A program made the translations under genes and the position numbers. Positions 16,642-27,462 of a stretch of DNA of 64,000 bases are shown in pieces. Every line of letters begins with the position of its first letter. The stretch's first letter is position 1. The stretch spans positions 14,620 through 78,619 of the forward strand of contig JAZURI010000005.1 in NCBI GenBank assembly GCA_045606105.1. The letters are read 5' to 3'. A model generated the notes under the pieces. It saw nothing but the letters and a program-made list of their open reading frames with translations, was not told the DNA's origin and made no database searches. The stretch is from Spirochaetia bacterium (GTDB lineage Bacteria; Spirochaetota; Spirochaetia; CADAEX01).

Positions 16642-17776
16642 AAGAGTTGCAAATTCAGAAACCACGATCTTCACCGTGGTAAATAATCTGGCGGCAAAAT
16701 ACAATGCCGTGGGGCTGAGTCAGGGAGCACCCGACTTCAATCCTGAAAAATGGGTAATGGACATTGTCAAGGAGTCCTTTGACCTGGGCCGGAACCAATA
16801 TGCACCAATGACCGGCGTGCCGGAGCTGAGACAGGCAATCAGCACCCTTTACCGGGAGAAATACGGCATCAGCTATGATGTGGACAAATGCATAACCGTA
16901 ACTGCAGGGGCCACAGAGGCTATCTTCTGTGCGGTCATGGCTCTCTGCGGACCGGGAGACGAACTTATCGTATTCGAGCCTTTCTTCGATTCCTATGCCG
17001 GAAGCGCAAAGATGGCAGACTGCGGTCTCAAAACCGTAACCCTCAGGCTTCCTGATTTCTCGTTTACCGAGGCCGATCTTGAAAAGGCGGTTTCCCCTAA
17101 AACAAAGGCAATCATCATCAATAACCCCCACAATCCTACCGGAAAGGTCTATACAAGAGAGGAGCTGGAAACCATAGGCCGTGTTGCAGAAAAACATAAT
17201 CTGACCGTCATCAGCGACGAGGTTTACGAGAATCTGGTTTTCGACGGTCTGAAGCATATTCCGACAGCCTCGGTACCGGGTCTGGAAAACAGAACTGTAA
17301 CCATTTCATCCACAGCCAAGACCTTCTCCTCCACCGGCTGGAAAATAGGGTACATGTGTGCACCTCCCCTTCTTTCCGAAGCAGTGAGAGCAGTTCATCA
17401 GTGGGTAACTTTTGCGGTAAATACTCCGCTTCAGATAGCTTTTTCTAAAATTATCCCTGCTTCGGCGGAATATTCACGGAAATTCTGTGCAGAAATGGAA
17501 AAAAGAAGGGATTTTCTTACAGAAAAGGCAACAGAATGGGGCTTTGATCCGATAAAAAGTGCAGGTTCCTATTTCTTTATGGCTACTTTTGACCGTATTT
17601 CGGATCTGGACGACATGAAATTCATGGAATACATGATCAGGGAAAAGCAGGTGGCCCTTATTCCGGCTTCCCCTTTCTACCTCAATGCCATGGATGAAGG
17701 AAAAAGACTGGTAAGATTCAATTTTGTAAAATCAATGGAAGCCTTGGAAAAAGCTGCAGAAAACATGAGGAGATAA
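16631..17776 (+). CDS. Class I/II PLP aminotransferase (YbdL-like)
   Basis: LSQGAPDF, NNPHNPTGKV, SDEVY, AKTFSSTGWKIGY. Confidence 0.9.
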   Translation: MTAERVANSETTIFTVVNNLAAKYNAVGLSQGAPDFNPEKWVMDIVKESFDLGRNQYAPMTGVPELRQAISTLYREKYGISYDVDKCITVTAGATEAIFCAVMALCGPGDELIVFEPFFDSYAGSAKMADCGLKTVTLRLPDFSFTEADLEKAVSPKTKAIIINNPHNPTGKVYTREELETIGRVAEKHNLTVISDEVYENLVFDGLKHIPTASVPGLENRTVTISSTAKTFSSTGWKIGYMCAPPLLSEAVRAVHQWVTFAVNTPLQIAFSKIIPASAEYSRKFCAEMEKRRDFLTEKATEWGFDPIKSAGSYFFMATFDRISDLDDMKFMEYMIREKQVALIPASPFYLNAMDEGKRLVRFNFVKSMEALEKAAENMRR

Positions 17777-17777
17777 C

Positions 17778-18356
17778 ATGAAAGTTCTTTTTATAAACAG
17801 CTGTATAAGAAAGGAGTCCAGAACCAAGAGACTGGCAGAATATCTTATTTCAAAATTTGAAAATGTGGAATTCGAATTCCTGGATCTCAACAAGGAAAAA
17901 ATCTCTCCCCTCAGCAGGAAGACCCTGGAGGAAAGAGACCGTGCCATTTCAGAGAAAAACTTTTCTCACCCTATGTTCAGATATGCAAAGCAGTTTGCCG
18001 AAGCAGATATTATTGTCATGGCCGCACCGTTCTGGGATCTTTCGTTCCCGGCCCTGCTCAGAAGCTATATCGAAGCAATCACAGTAAACCATGTTACCTT
18101 CAGATATTCCGAAAAGGGAATCCCTGAAGGGCTCTGCAAAGGGGAAAAGCTCTATTATGTAACCACAGCGGGAGGCTTTATCGGCGACTATGATTTCGGA
18201 TACAAGTATGTCAAAACCATGGCCAAAGGAATGTACGGCATCCCTAAGACAACCTGCATCAAGGCCGAGGGACTGGATATCTACGGTGCCGATGTGGAAG
18301 GCATCCTGAGAAAGGCTGAAGAAGAAATAGACAAAATTAAAAATCCCGGCTGTTAA
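17778..18356 (+). CDS. NAD(P)H-dependent FMN oxidoreductase (AzoR/flavodoxin_2 family)
   Basis: MKVLFINS..SRT, AAPFWDLSFPA, VTTAGG. Confidence 0.85.
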   Translation: MKVLFINSCIRKESRTKRLAEYLISKFENVEFEFLDLNKEKISPLSRKTLEERDRAISEKNFSHPMFRYAKQFAEADIIVMAAPFWDLSFPALLRSYIEAITVNHVTFRYSEKGIPEGLCKGEKLYYVTTAGGFIGDYDFGYKYVKTMAKGMYGIPKTTCIKAEGLDIYGADVEGILRKAEEEIDKIKNPGC

Positions 18357-18366
18357 CCGGGATTAT
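18340..18366. terminator. Hairpin between convergent genes (probable terminator)
   Basis: AATCCCGG-N7-CCGGGATT flanked by A/T tracts. Confidence 0.6.
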
Positions 18367-18368
18367 GT

Positions 18369-21300
18369 TTACTCCTTATCGTACTCTATCAGTTCTGCCG
18401 AACCCGGATTGCTTTTATAGCGCATTACATTAAGCATGAAAATATTCAGCTTGTTGATAATGTTCGGCGGCAGCTGGTTTCCGTCAATCTCGATGGAAAT
18501 TGCAGGATACCTGTGAGCCCTTGCATAAGGTGTATAGAGTCCTTCGATAACTCTTCCGATAAGACAGGCAAACGGTGCAATGTTGATGACACCGGAATAA
18601 CCCTCCTCCATGGCAGTGGCAGCAGCGCCGCTGGAAACGGAAATCTCGGAATTGAGCTCGTAGCTTACAAACTTGAGGGCGTTGTTCATGATCTTTTTCA
18701 TGTCATGAGGGGAATGCGGCACCAGATTACAGCCTGAAAGGGCCTCCTTTACCTCTTTTTCCCTGGCCTCCTTCCACTTTTCGATAACCTTGAGGTTAAC
18801 AAGCTTCTTTGTATTTTCGCTGAAAACCTTTTTCATCGGTGAAAGAACAGACCTTTCCCTCTTCAGGAAATATTCCTGTACAAAGTCGGTGTAGTGAATC
18901 CACTCGGCAATACCCGATACCTTGGCAATAATTCCCTTGTCGGCACAGGATCCGATGATCTCATCTACGGCATAGTCATCACGCCTTACATAGATCTCAC
19001 CTACAACCAGTACCTTCGGACACTTTTCAGGATCTCTTTTCAGAGGAATTTTCTTCACTCTGTCGGAGAATGCCTTCAGCGCAGGGAGAAGATTCTTTTC
19101 ATCCTCCCTTACGGCCCTGATTACATCATCCACACCCAGGTTCACCTCTTTAAGGGCTGCATCCCTGTCTGCGGCACAGGTCCTGAGGACAGTCTGGATA
19201 TCCTTCATGTAGTCGGCGGCACATACATTCTTCCACATCACCTTGGAGAAATCCTGTCCCAGTTCGGAATAGGAGCGGTCTGCACTGAGGGTGAAGACTA
19301 CCACGTTTTCCAGTCTGAGATCCCTGAACAGGTTCTGGTAGTAAACATAATACTGACCTGTTCTGCACGGTCCCGTGGTAATAGGAACGAAAATCATATA
19401 GATCTTGTCCTTCTCGTATTTCTCTGAAGCAAAATACTCAAGCATTGAGCCCAGGAGCAGGAGTGACGGAACACATTCCTTTCCGGATGCATGGTTGCGG
19501 GCAAAACGGAGTGTTCTCTGTGTCGGAATCGGAACCGCTTCGGCCTGTACGCCGGTGGAATTGATGGCTGCAGCCAGCAGACGGGTTGAAATATCTCCCA
19601 TGTTGCTGAGAAGAATCTTTACCTTCTTGTTATTGCGGATAGGAATCTTTTCGTTTGTATGCTCGTTGAAGAGATGAACCTCTTCGATACCGTCATTTAC
19701 GAAACGGAGTCCGTTGTCATAGCGTTCAGCTTCCTTGCCGGTATACTTGAGCCTGTAACCCTCGATGATATCCAGGAATGCCTCTACACGGGTATCCACT
19801 CCCGCATCTGCGGAATGGGAATCCAGCTCCAGCACCAGGAACGGCTTTGTTCCCATGATCCATTTCAGATAATGGAGCATGAAGGAGTCCGGCGCACATG
19901 AGAAGTTACTGATCCATGTTACGAAAATATTAGGATTATCCTTTACATTGAACGCGGTATGCATGTCCTTCTGGCCGTAATACCAGTACATGTTAGGGAA
20001 AATTTCCTTGTTTCCGATAGGGAGGATATCAAACGGAATTACAGTGTTGCCTCTTGATGTGAACTTGCGGGGAATACCGATGTTGGCCTCTTTTGCAAAG
20101 GCATTGTACGGTCTTCCGAGAAGAGCGATAACCGGCTGCTTCTGTTTTTCGGCAAATGCAAGAGCCTCTTTTCCCAGCTCAAAGGCGGCATCCTGATATT
20201 CGTTCTGCTTCTTCAGGGCGGTATCAAAGGCTTCTCCGGCCTCTGCTTCGGTAAATCCCAGCTGTGTTCCCAGCTGCAGGAAGAATTCCCTTGCCTTGTC
20301 CAGGCCGGTTCTGAAGCTGACTACAGGAGCCAGTATCTTGCCTTCGGGAATTTCCGGGAATGCCTTCTGGATATAGTACGGCAGACTCTGTGTTATCGGA
20401 CAGAAGTTGGCGTGGATATCCTTTTCATGGCTTTCCATGTCCCTGAAATGAGGAAGGAAAATGAAATCTGCCCCCTTGTCCAGGATATCCTGTACGGCAC
20501 CGTGGGCTATTTCCGCAGGGAAACAGTAGGTGGATTCCGTTCTGGCCGCTCCGGACGGTGAAACCTCGTCGGAAAGAATGGTCTTGATACCCAGCTTATG
20601 GAAATACCAGGCATAGAACGGATAGAGGGTATACACGGAAAATGCCTTAGGAATTCCGATTGTATAGCTTCTTTTCTGTACAAAATCTCCTTCATCCGGA
20701 GCAAATGTATTGAACATCAGGTTATTGCGTTCATCAACAAAGTTCCTGATGGATGCCTCATCAATATTCTTTTTCTTTCTGGAGTTGGTATACTTGGAGC
20801 ATCTTCCTCCGAACATATACTTGTTTCCGTTGACATTGAGAATACGGATAGGGCAGAGGTTCTCGCAGGACCTGCACTTGAATTCACTTTCGTAGATGAT
20901 TTCCGATGCAATGATCCGGTCGATGTCGTAGGAGGCCTTAGGAATAAGTCCTTCCTTGTATTTCTGCTTTGCAAGAAGTCCTACACCGAAGCAGCCCATA
21001 AGTTCAGGATCCGGCGGAACAAGAATTTCCTTGCCGAGAAGAAGGGCAAAAGCCAGAGGAATCGCCTTGTTCTTTGCCACACCGCCCTGGAGGAATATCT
21101 TGTTTCCTACGGTTCTGTTGCCTACTACCCTGTTCAGATAGTTGGAAACGATGGAGGTGACAATACCGGCAGTAATGTTTTCCTTTGAAGCCCCCTGCTG
21201 GATTGCTTTTCTGATGTCGGAATTGATGAATGCGGAACAATGTTCACCGAACTTGAGCGGATTGTCTGCTTCAAGGGCAATATCCCCGATTTCCCATGCG

Positions 21301-22643
21301 TGGGCAATATTCAGGTCTCCTGATGCAGATTCCTCAAGGAATGAACCCGTACCTGCCGAGCATGCCTCGTTCATGGCATAGTCAATAGGCACCTTGTTCT
21401 TGAGAAGTACATATTTTGCATCCTGACCGCCGATTTCGAAAATGGTATCAACGTCCTTTGCAAAATAGGTTGTTCCTTCGGTATGGGCGATAATTTCGTT
21501 GTATACCGCAGGAGTTTCGAGAAATACACCCAGAATTTCCCTGGATGAGCCTGTTGTGGAAGCAAGGGAGATGGTAATCTTTCCGTCGCCGATGTCTTCC
21601 CGCACCTGTTTCTTGATCTCTTCGAGACAATGCTTCAGCGCCTTCACCGGATCGCCGTGGGTACGACCGTAGAAAGAGGCTGTGATCTCATCTGTCTCCA
21701 TGTCGATAAGACAGGCCTTGGTTGTTGTAGAACCACCGTCTACACCCAGCACATATTCTCTGCCGGCAACAGTCTTGCCATGCTTTGCAGGAAAATACGT
21801 GACCTTGGAAAGCTGAGTCTTCAAACTGTCCATGTTTGCGAAGCTTATCTTGTTTTTCGCAATCAACTTGCCGGGTTCAGGCATAGGGCTTCCGTTTTCT
21901 TCTGCCAGATAAGCAGCTCCGAGAGCCTCAAAACAGGAGGCCTCTTCCGGAATGATAAACTGGATATCCGGAGCTTTTTCTCTGATAAAACGGACAATAT
22001 GGCGGTTTTTTGTAATTCCGCCGACAAGAATAACTTTACCTTTGCTTATTCTTGCCTTTTTCAGAAAGTCTATGACCTTTACAGCCATGACATTGCTCAG
22101 TGAAAGTACGATGTCCTCTTTTGTAGCCTCGCCTTTATTGAGACGATGGGTACAGTCACTCTTCATAAAAACAGAACATCTGGTTGAGAGTGGCAACACC
22201 TTAGCTGTATCTGGAACAGAATTTACGTTATCCAATGTCATATCCATTCTGGATAACTGCTGTTTAAAGAATTCTCCTGTTCCGGATGCGCACTTGCTTC
22301 CCGAAAAATTATTGACTATCCTTCCCCTCTCGTTGAGTGTATACACAACAAGATCTTCACCGCCCAGCGAAACAATGGCATCTGCCTCGAGCTTAAGCCT
22401 TTTTATGGCTTCCTCGATACACAGAGGCTCCACTGTCTTGTTTACAGAAAAGAGGAAACGCCCCTCTGTTCCTGTTGCCAGCGCCTTCGCCCCATGCTCC
22501 ACGTCATGGGCTGACAGTATTTTTTCCGCAGCTTCAAGGAAATTACCCTCATGAGGAACAGATTCTGCCCACAGGAGAGTACCGTCGGTTACACAAGCCA
22601 TTTTAAGGCTGGACGAACCGATGTTGATTCCTATGCTTTGCAT
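18369..22643 (-). CDS. 2-hydroxyacyl-CoA dehydratase activase, multidomain (two ASKHA/BcrAD_BadFG domains plus DUF2229-like); likely start 22643
   Basis: GINIGSSS, KCASGTG, GVDGGSTTTK, EIGGQDAK, MNEACSAGTGSFLEE; GAAGGAG RBS before 22643. Confidence 0.88.
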   Translation of the reverse strand: MQSIGINIGSSSLKMACVTDGTLLWAESVPHEGNFLEAAEKILSAHDVEHGAKALATGTEGRFLFSVNKTVEPLCIEEAIKRLKLEADAIVSLGGEDLVVYTLNERGRIVNNFSGSKCASGTGEFFKQQLSRMDMTLDNVNSVPDTAKVLPLSTRCSVFMKSDCTHRLNKGEATKEDIVLSLSNVMAVKVIDFLKKARISKGKVILVGGITKNRHIVRFIREKAPDIQFIIPEEASCFEALGAAYLAEENGSPMPEPGKLIAKNKISFANMDSLKTQLSKVTYFPAKHGKTVAGREYVLGVDGGSTTTKACLIDMETDEITASFYGRTHGDPVKALKHCLEEIKKQVREDIGDGKITISLASTTGSSREILGVFLETPAVYNEIIAHTEGTTYFAKDVDTIFEIGGQDAKYVLLKNKVPIDYAMNEACSAGTGSFLEESASGDLNIAHAWEIGDIALEADNPLKFGEHCSAFINSDIRKAIQQGASKENITAGIVTSIVSNYLNRVVGNRTVGNKIFLQGGVAKNKAIPLAFALLLGKEILVPPDPELMGCFGVGLLAKQKYKEGLIPKASYDIDRIIASEIIYESEFKCRSCENLCPIRILNVNGNKYMFGGRCSKYTNSRKKKNIDEASIRNFVDERNNLMFNTFAPDEGDFVQKRSYTIGIPKAFSVYTLYPFYAWYFHKLGIKTILSDEVSPSGAARTESTYCFPAEIAHGAVQDILDKGADFIFLPHFRDMESHEKDIHANFCPITQSLPYYIQKAFPEIPEGKILAPVVSFRTGLDKAREFFLQLGTQLGFTEAEAGEAFDTALKKQNEYQDAAFELGKEALAFAEKQKQPVIALLGRPYNAFAKEANIGIPRKFTSRGNTVIPFDILPIGNKEIFPNMYWYYGQKDMHTAFNVKDNPNIFVTWISNFSCAPDSFMLHYLKWIMGTKPFLVLELDSHSADAGVDTRVEAFLDIIEGYRLKYTGKEAERYDNGLRFVNDGIEEVHLFNEHTNEKIPIRNNKKVKILLSNMGDISTRLLAAAINSTGVQAEAVPIPTQRTLRFARNHASGKECVPSLLLLGSMLEYFASEKYEKDKIYMIFVPITTGPCRTGQYYVYYQNLFRDLRLENVVVFTLSADRSYSELGQDFSKVMWKNVCAADYMKDIQTVLRTCAADRDAALKEVNLGVDDVIRAVREDEKNLLPALKAFSDRVKKIPLKRDPEKCPKVLVVGEIYVRRDDYAVDEIIGSCADKGIIAKVSGIAEWIHYTDFVQEYFLKRERSVLSPMKKVFSENTKKLVNLKVIEKWKEAREKEVKEALSGCNLVPHSPHDMKKIMNNALKFVSYELNSEISVSSGAAATAMEEGYSGVINIAPFACLIGRVIEGLYTPYARAHRYPAISIEIDGNQLPPNIINKLNIFMLNVMRYKSNPGSAELIEYDKE

Positions 22644-22722
22644 AAAAATACTCCTTCTTTTTGAGAACATTAGTTCATTTATTTGCAATTTACTTATATT
22701 ATGTTAAATAATCAAGTAAATT

Positions 22723-24240
22723 TCATCCAAAATAGAGAGGTTTGGTTACAAATTCCGGCTCACTTGTGGAGTTCAGACCAAGCTTTCTCAGTCCCGCTGC
22801 ATCACCCGAAGATGGTATATGAGTCATATGGATTTCGCACCCCGAAAGTTCTTTCAGCTTTTTAAGAGCTGAAGCAGCTACCGGGTCTGATGCCGCACCT
22901 ATGGAAAAAGCAATGAGAGTCTCCTCCAGATTCAGGCTGACAGATGCACTTTTAAGTACATCCTTCTTGAAATCGGCCAGGGAAGTCAGGATATGACTCT
23001 GAAGCAGGTCTGTCTCGGCAGGAATACCTGCCAGTCTCTTGGCTGCGGTAAGGACAACGCTGGAAGCGGCATGGAGAAGGGGAGAATTGTGTCCTGTAAC
23101 AACTGTTCCGTCAGGAAGCTCGATGGCGGCGCCGCTGTAGATGCCGCGGTTACCCTGATTTCTCTCTCTTGCTGTCTTTGCGGCTTCACGGGCAGGACGT
23201 ACGGTTTTCCTGTCCTCCTGTGTAAGTCCCATATCTTTCATCAGAAGCTCTACCCTTGTCATTGTGTCACTGGAGCAGAGCCCCACCACATGCTCACAGG
23301 CATAGCGGAAATAACGGCGGATCACCTCCTGCTGGGCAGCCTGTCTTACAACCTCGTCATCGATAATTGCAAAGCCGGCCCTGTTTACCCCCATATCGGT
23401 TGGAGACCTGTAGATGGACGGAGCTTCGGTAATACGCTCGATGATACGCTGGAGAAGAGGAAATGCCTCCAGATCCCTGTTGTAGTTCACAGTCTTGATG
23501 TCATAAGCCTCAAGATGGAAGTGGTCAATCATATTTGAATCTTTAAGCTCGGCTGTAGCAGCCTCGTAGGCAATGTTTACGGGGTGCTTGAGGGGAAGAT
23601 TCCAGATAGGAAAGGTTTCGAATTTTGCATAGGCAGCCCTGATGCCTCTCTTGTTTTCGTGATACATCTGGGAAAGACAGGTAGCAAGCTTTCCGCTGCC
23701 GGGACCCGGTCCCGTTACCACCACAATAGGCTTTTCTGTTTCGATATATTCATTGGCCCCGTACCCCTGTTCGCTGACAATAAGATCCACATTTGTAGGA
23801 TACCCCTTGGTAAACTTGTGCATGCAGACTTTCATGCCGCGGCATTCCATGGCCTTTCTGAAAATATCGGCAGCAGGCTGACCGTCGTAACGGGTAATGA
23901 CTATAGCCTTGATTTTTATGCCCCATGCGGCAAAATCATCGATTGTCTTGACCACATCGGCATCGTAGGTAATTCCGAAATCTCCTCTGATTTTCTTTTT
24001 TTCGATGTCAATGGCGCAGATACACATGATAACATCCACGGAATCCTTCATTTTTGCAAGAAGCTGCATCTTCACATTGGGATCGTATCCCGGAAGAACC
24101 CTGGCTGCGTGGAAGTCATACATGATCTTTCCGCCGAACTCAAGATACAGCTTTTCACTGTTGCAATCCTTGATCCGTGCAAGAATGGTCTCGCTCTGCT
24201 GTCTCAGATACAAGTCATTGTCAAAACCCACTTTCTTCAT
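22723..24240 (-). CDS. DUF1846 family protein; likely start 24240
   Basis: KLYLEFGGK, DFHAARVLPGYDPN, PGPGSGKLATCLSQ, YAKFETFPIWNLPL. Confidence 0.9.
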   Translation of the reverse strand: MKKVGFDNDLYLRQQSETILARIKDCNSEKLYLEFGGKIMYDFHAARVLPGYDPNVKMQLLAKMKDSVDVIMCICAIDIEKKKIRGDFGITYDADVVKTIDDFAAWGIKIKAIVITRYDGQPAADIFRKAMECRGMKVCMHKFTKGYPTNVDLIVSEQGYGANEYIETEKPIVVVTGPGPGSGKLATCLSQMYHENKRGIRAAYAKFETFPIWNLPLKHPVNIAYEAATAELKDSNMIDHFHLEAYDIKTVNYNRDLEAFPLLQRIIERITEAPSIYRSPTDMGVNRAGFAIIDDEVVRQAAQQEVIRRYFRYACEHVVGLCSSDTMTRVELLMKDMGLTQEDRKTVRPAREAAKTARERNQGNRGIYSGAAIELPDGTVVTGHNSPLLHAASSVVLTAAKRLAGIPAETDLLQSHILTSLADFKKDVLKSASVSLNLEETLIAFSIGAASDPVAASALKKLKELSGCEIHMTHIPSSGDAAGLRKLGLNSTSEPEFVTKPLYFG

Positions 24241-24272
24241 GATGTCATTATACATACGACTAATAAAAATAT

Positions 24273-24953
24273 TCAAGCATTCAAAAAGGAATAAAGATTA
24301 TTTCTTATCAGAGAAAAGACTTGTGAGATTTCCTCCCTCAGCTGTAAAGCAGCGTATCCATACAGCGGCTCCAGGGAAACCGACACATGGGAATCGCTTT
24401 CCAGAAGCAGTCTGTCAGCCGGCAGGGAAGCAAAGGCCCGCCTCATTGAAAGGCTTCCTTCCCGCAGGAGAAGAGGAGAAAAGGAAAACCATGTATTACG
24501 CTTCAGAAACCGGGCCGCAGTCTCTGCAGAGCCGGAGAAACAGTGCATCAGCACAGGATGCTTTTTCGGAAGGGTATCCAGGATTTCCGTCATGGTGTTC
24601 CAGCCTCTGACACAGTGTACGGAAACAGGAACACCCAGGCTGACTGCCAGATCCAGATGCCGTCTGAAAAAAAGAATCTGATCCTCATACCGGGAGCTTC
24701 CGCACAGCTTGTCCAGACCGGTTTCCCCTATCCCCCACACAGCTTTATCAGGTCTATGACCTTTTATTTTTTCTATAACTGAAATATCGTATACGGAAGG
24801 ATCTGCATGCCATGGATGAATGCCGAAAAAAGGGATAATATTATCCTGTACCGGAATTTTATCCCAATCTTCCGGGGTTACGGAATTATACAGCACCAGG
24901 GTTTTCTCATCAGGATCCGGTATATAATGACAATGAGCATCCACATACATCAT
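24273..24953 (-). CDS. TatD family hydrolase
   Basis: DAHCH, GIHPW, IGETGLD, VHCV, HCFSG, LLESD. Confidence 0.9.
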   Translation of the reverse strand: MMYVDAHCHYIPDPDEKTLVLYNSVTPEDWDKIPVQDNIIPFFGIHPWHADPSVYDISVIEKIKGHRPDKAVWGIGETGLDKLCGSSRYEDQILFFRRHLDLAVSLGVPVSVHCVRGWNTMTEILDTLPKKHPVLMHCFSGSAETAARFLKRNTWFSFSPLLLREGSLSMRRAFASLPADRLLLESDSHVSVSLEPLYGYAALQLREEISQVFSLIRNNLYSFLNA

Positions 24954-25025
24954 GATTAAATATTACAGGCTTAAATAATGACAGTCAAACATTTTTTTGA
25001 TACAGTTATATTGAGGATGAATATC

Positions 25026-26384
25026 ATGGAAGAATACAAAGGGAAAAAAATAACTGTAATGGGACTTGGGCTTAACGGCGGAGGGCTGGAGGCCGCAAGA
25101 TTCTTTGCTTCAAAGGGGGCAGAGGTTACTGTTACGGATCTCAGGTCTGCCGAAATACTCAGACCTTCAATGGAAAAGCTTTCGGAATTCGACATAAGAT
25201 ATGTCCTGGGCTGCCACGATGCTGCCGATTTCGAGAATGCAGATATTGTCATCAAGAATCCGGCTGTTCCCCTGACATCTCCATACCTTGCAAAGGCAAA
25301 GAGAATCGAGACCGACATTTCCGTTTTCCTTTCCGAATTTCACGGAGATATAATCGCAGTTACAGGCTCCAAGGGAAAATCCACCACGGTTTCGGCCATT
25401 TATCATGCATGCCGAAAACTGAAAGAAAATACATTCCTTGGGGGTAACATAACAATTTCACCCCTTTCCTTCCTGCATGAGCTTACCGACAGTTCCCTTG
25501 TAATCCTGGAGCTTTCATCCTGGCAGCTTGCCGATATCATGGGAAAAAATCTGCTTCATCCAAAGGTGGCAGTAATCACCAACATCATGCATGAGCATCA
25601 GAACCGCTACAGCTGCATGCAGGAGTATGCAGATGACAAGAAGGTCATATATCAGAGTCAGAGCCGGGATCAGTTTACTATCTGCAGCGACGGCGACAGC
25701 TACGGACATCAGTTTTTCGATGAGACACCGGGACATCCTATCTGGATTTCCGATTCAGACAAGGGTCTAGAAGAGCAGATATGGCTTGAAAACCGGATGG
25801 GTTATATAAAAATCAACGGGAAAAAAGAGCAGATCCTTCCCGAAAAGCTCCTTATTCCGGGTGAACATAACAGAAAGAACCTTCTTACGGCAGCGGCTGC
25901 CATGTATCTTTACGGCTTCGGCGGAACAGACATCATGGATGCACTCAGTGATTTCAGAGGAATTCCCCACAGACTTGAATTCATCAGGGAGCTTGAGGGA
26001 AGAGCCTTCTATAACGATACCACAGCCACCATTCCGCAGGCATCCAATGCTGCGGTAAAAAGCTTTGACAAACCGGTTATCCTGATTGCAGGCGGTACCG
26101 ACAAGAACCTTATTTTTGATCTGGTTCCGGAAACAGCCCGGCTGGTCAAAAAGCTTGTACTTCTGAAAGGAAGCGGAACCGACAGGATGACTGAGGAGCT
26201 GGACAAGGCCGGCTGCAGCTACGAAGGGCCGTACAACTCGCTGGAAAAGGCGGTGGATGAAGCCTATGCCGCATCGGAGAGAGGAGATATTATTCTCTTT
26301 TCACCGGGCTGTACCTCCTTCGAAATGTTCAAAAACGAATTTGACAGAGGCAATTCCTTCATAAATTATGTAAACAGATTGTGA
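25026..26384 (+). CDS. murD: UDP-N-acetylmuramoyl-L-alanine--D-glutamate ligase (start 25017 or 25026)
   Basis: MGLGLNGGG, AVTGSKGKSTT, GGNI, LELSSWQL, HRLE, SPGCTSF..F..RG. Confidence 0.93.
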   Translation: MEEYKGKKITVMGLGLNGGGLEAARFFASKGAEVTVTDLRSAEILRPSMEKLSEFDIRYVLGCHDAADFENADIVIKNPAVPLTSPYLAKAKRIETDISVFLSEFHGDIIAVTGSKGKSTTVSAIYHACRKLKENTFLGGNITISPLSFLHELTDSSLVILELSSWQLADIMGKNLLHPKVAVITNIMHEHQNRYSCMQEYADDKKVIYQSQSRDQFTICSDGDSYGHQFFDETPGHPIWISDSDKGLEEQIWLENRMGYIKINGKKEQILPEKLLIPGEHNRKNLLTAAAAMYLYGFGGTDIMDALSDFRGIPHRLEFIRELEGRAFYNDTTATIPQASNAAVKSFDKPVILIAGGTDKNLIFDLVPETARLVKKLVLLKGSGTDRMTEELDKAGCSYEGPYNSLEKAVDEAYAASERGDIILFSPGCTSFEMFKNEFDRGNSFINYVNRL

Positions 26385-26418
26385 AGCAGAATTAGACTTT
26401 CCGGTTTATATCCAATGT

Positions 26419-27462
26419 ATGAACCGGATAATTATCATTTTTTTTCTTGCAGTTCTTATCTCCTGTACCAGATGCAGTAACTTTCCCGAGGAACCCAGCC
26501 CCGAAACTCTCACTGTAATGTCATTCAATGCTGAAAATCTCTTTGACAGCGTTAAACAGGGAAACGAATATCCGGAATACAATCCCGAAAACGGCAGGTG
26601 GAACGACAGGAACTATACGGACAAGCTTCTGCAGGTCGGAAGAACCATCAGGGATTCGGTACCGGAGGAAAAAGGACCTCACATCATAGCCTTCCAGGAA
26701 ATAGAGAACAAAAATGTTCTGAACGAGCTTACAAAGGGGCTCCTGAGAGAATCGGGATACAAGTATGTCATTGCCTCCGACAACAGGGATTCTGCCGTCA
26801 ATACAGGCTTTATCAGCCGTTTTCCGTGTGCATATACAAAATATCACACACCATATATTGCCCCTTACGGCAGAATGAGAACCATTATCGAGGCAGCCTT
26901 TGATATAGGCGGACAGCAGCTCATAATATTCAACAATCACTGGAAATCGAAAATCGGGGAAGAATCTGAGCTGCAGAGAAAAGCTTCGGCCCATACGCTG
27001 ATTACCAGGATAAAGGCAATCATGAAGGAGAACCCGGAAGCTGAAATCCTGATACTGGGCGACTTCAACGAAAATGCCGACGAATACCTGCGGGACGGAA
27101 AATCGGAAACCAAAGCCATAATGACAGAGGATTCAGGGGAAGCTGACAGTTTCCTGCCGCTGGTGGTTACGGGCAACTGCAGAAACGACAACGGAAACCG
27201 GTTTTTTTCACCGTGGCTCCGGGATGGCAATACAGAGGAAGGAAGCTATTTCTATAAAAACAGATGGGAAACCATAGATAATTTCTTTCTGGGGTCAAAG
27301 CTGACGGATGAGAAAGGATTTGTCTTTTCCGGATTCAGGACAGTCAGAACCGGCTGGAATACGGACAGGGATGAAAAACCGCTCTCCTTCAACAGGAAAA
27401 CTGCCGAGGGCTGCTCGGATCACCTGCCCATATTGCTGGAGCTTGATATCAGAGATCGCTGA
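26419..27462 (+). CDS. Endonuclease/exonuclease/phosphatase family lipoprotein
   Basis: Lipobox LISC; SFNAENLFD, FQEIEN, NNHWKS, GDFNE, SDHLP. Confidence 0.88.
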   Translation: MNRIIIIFFLAVLISCTRCSNFPEEPSPETLTVMSFNAENLFDSVKQGNEYPEYNPENGRWNDRNYTDKLLQVGRTIRDSVPEEKGPHIIAFQEIENKNVLNELTKGLLRESGYKYVIASDNRDSAVNTGFISRFPCAYTKYHTPYIAPYGRMRTIIEAAFDIGGQQLIIFNNHWKSKIGEESELQRKASAHTLITRIKAIMKENPEAEILILGDFNENADEYLRDGKSETKAIMTEDSGEADSFLPLVVTGNCRNDNGNRFFSPWLRDGNTEEGSYFYKNRWETIDNFFLGSKLTDEKGFVFSGFRTVRTGWNTDRDEKPLSFNRKTAEGCSDHLPILLELDIRDR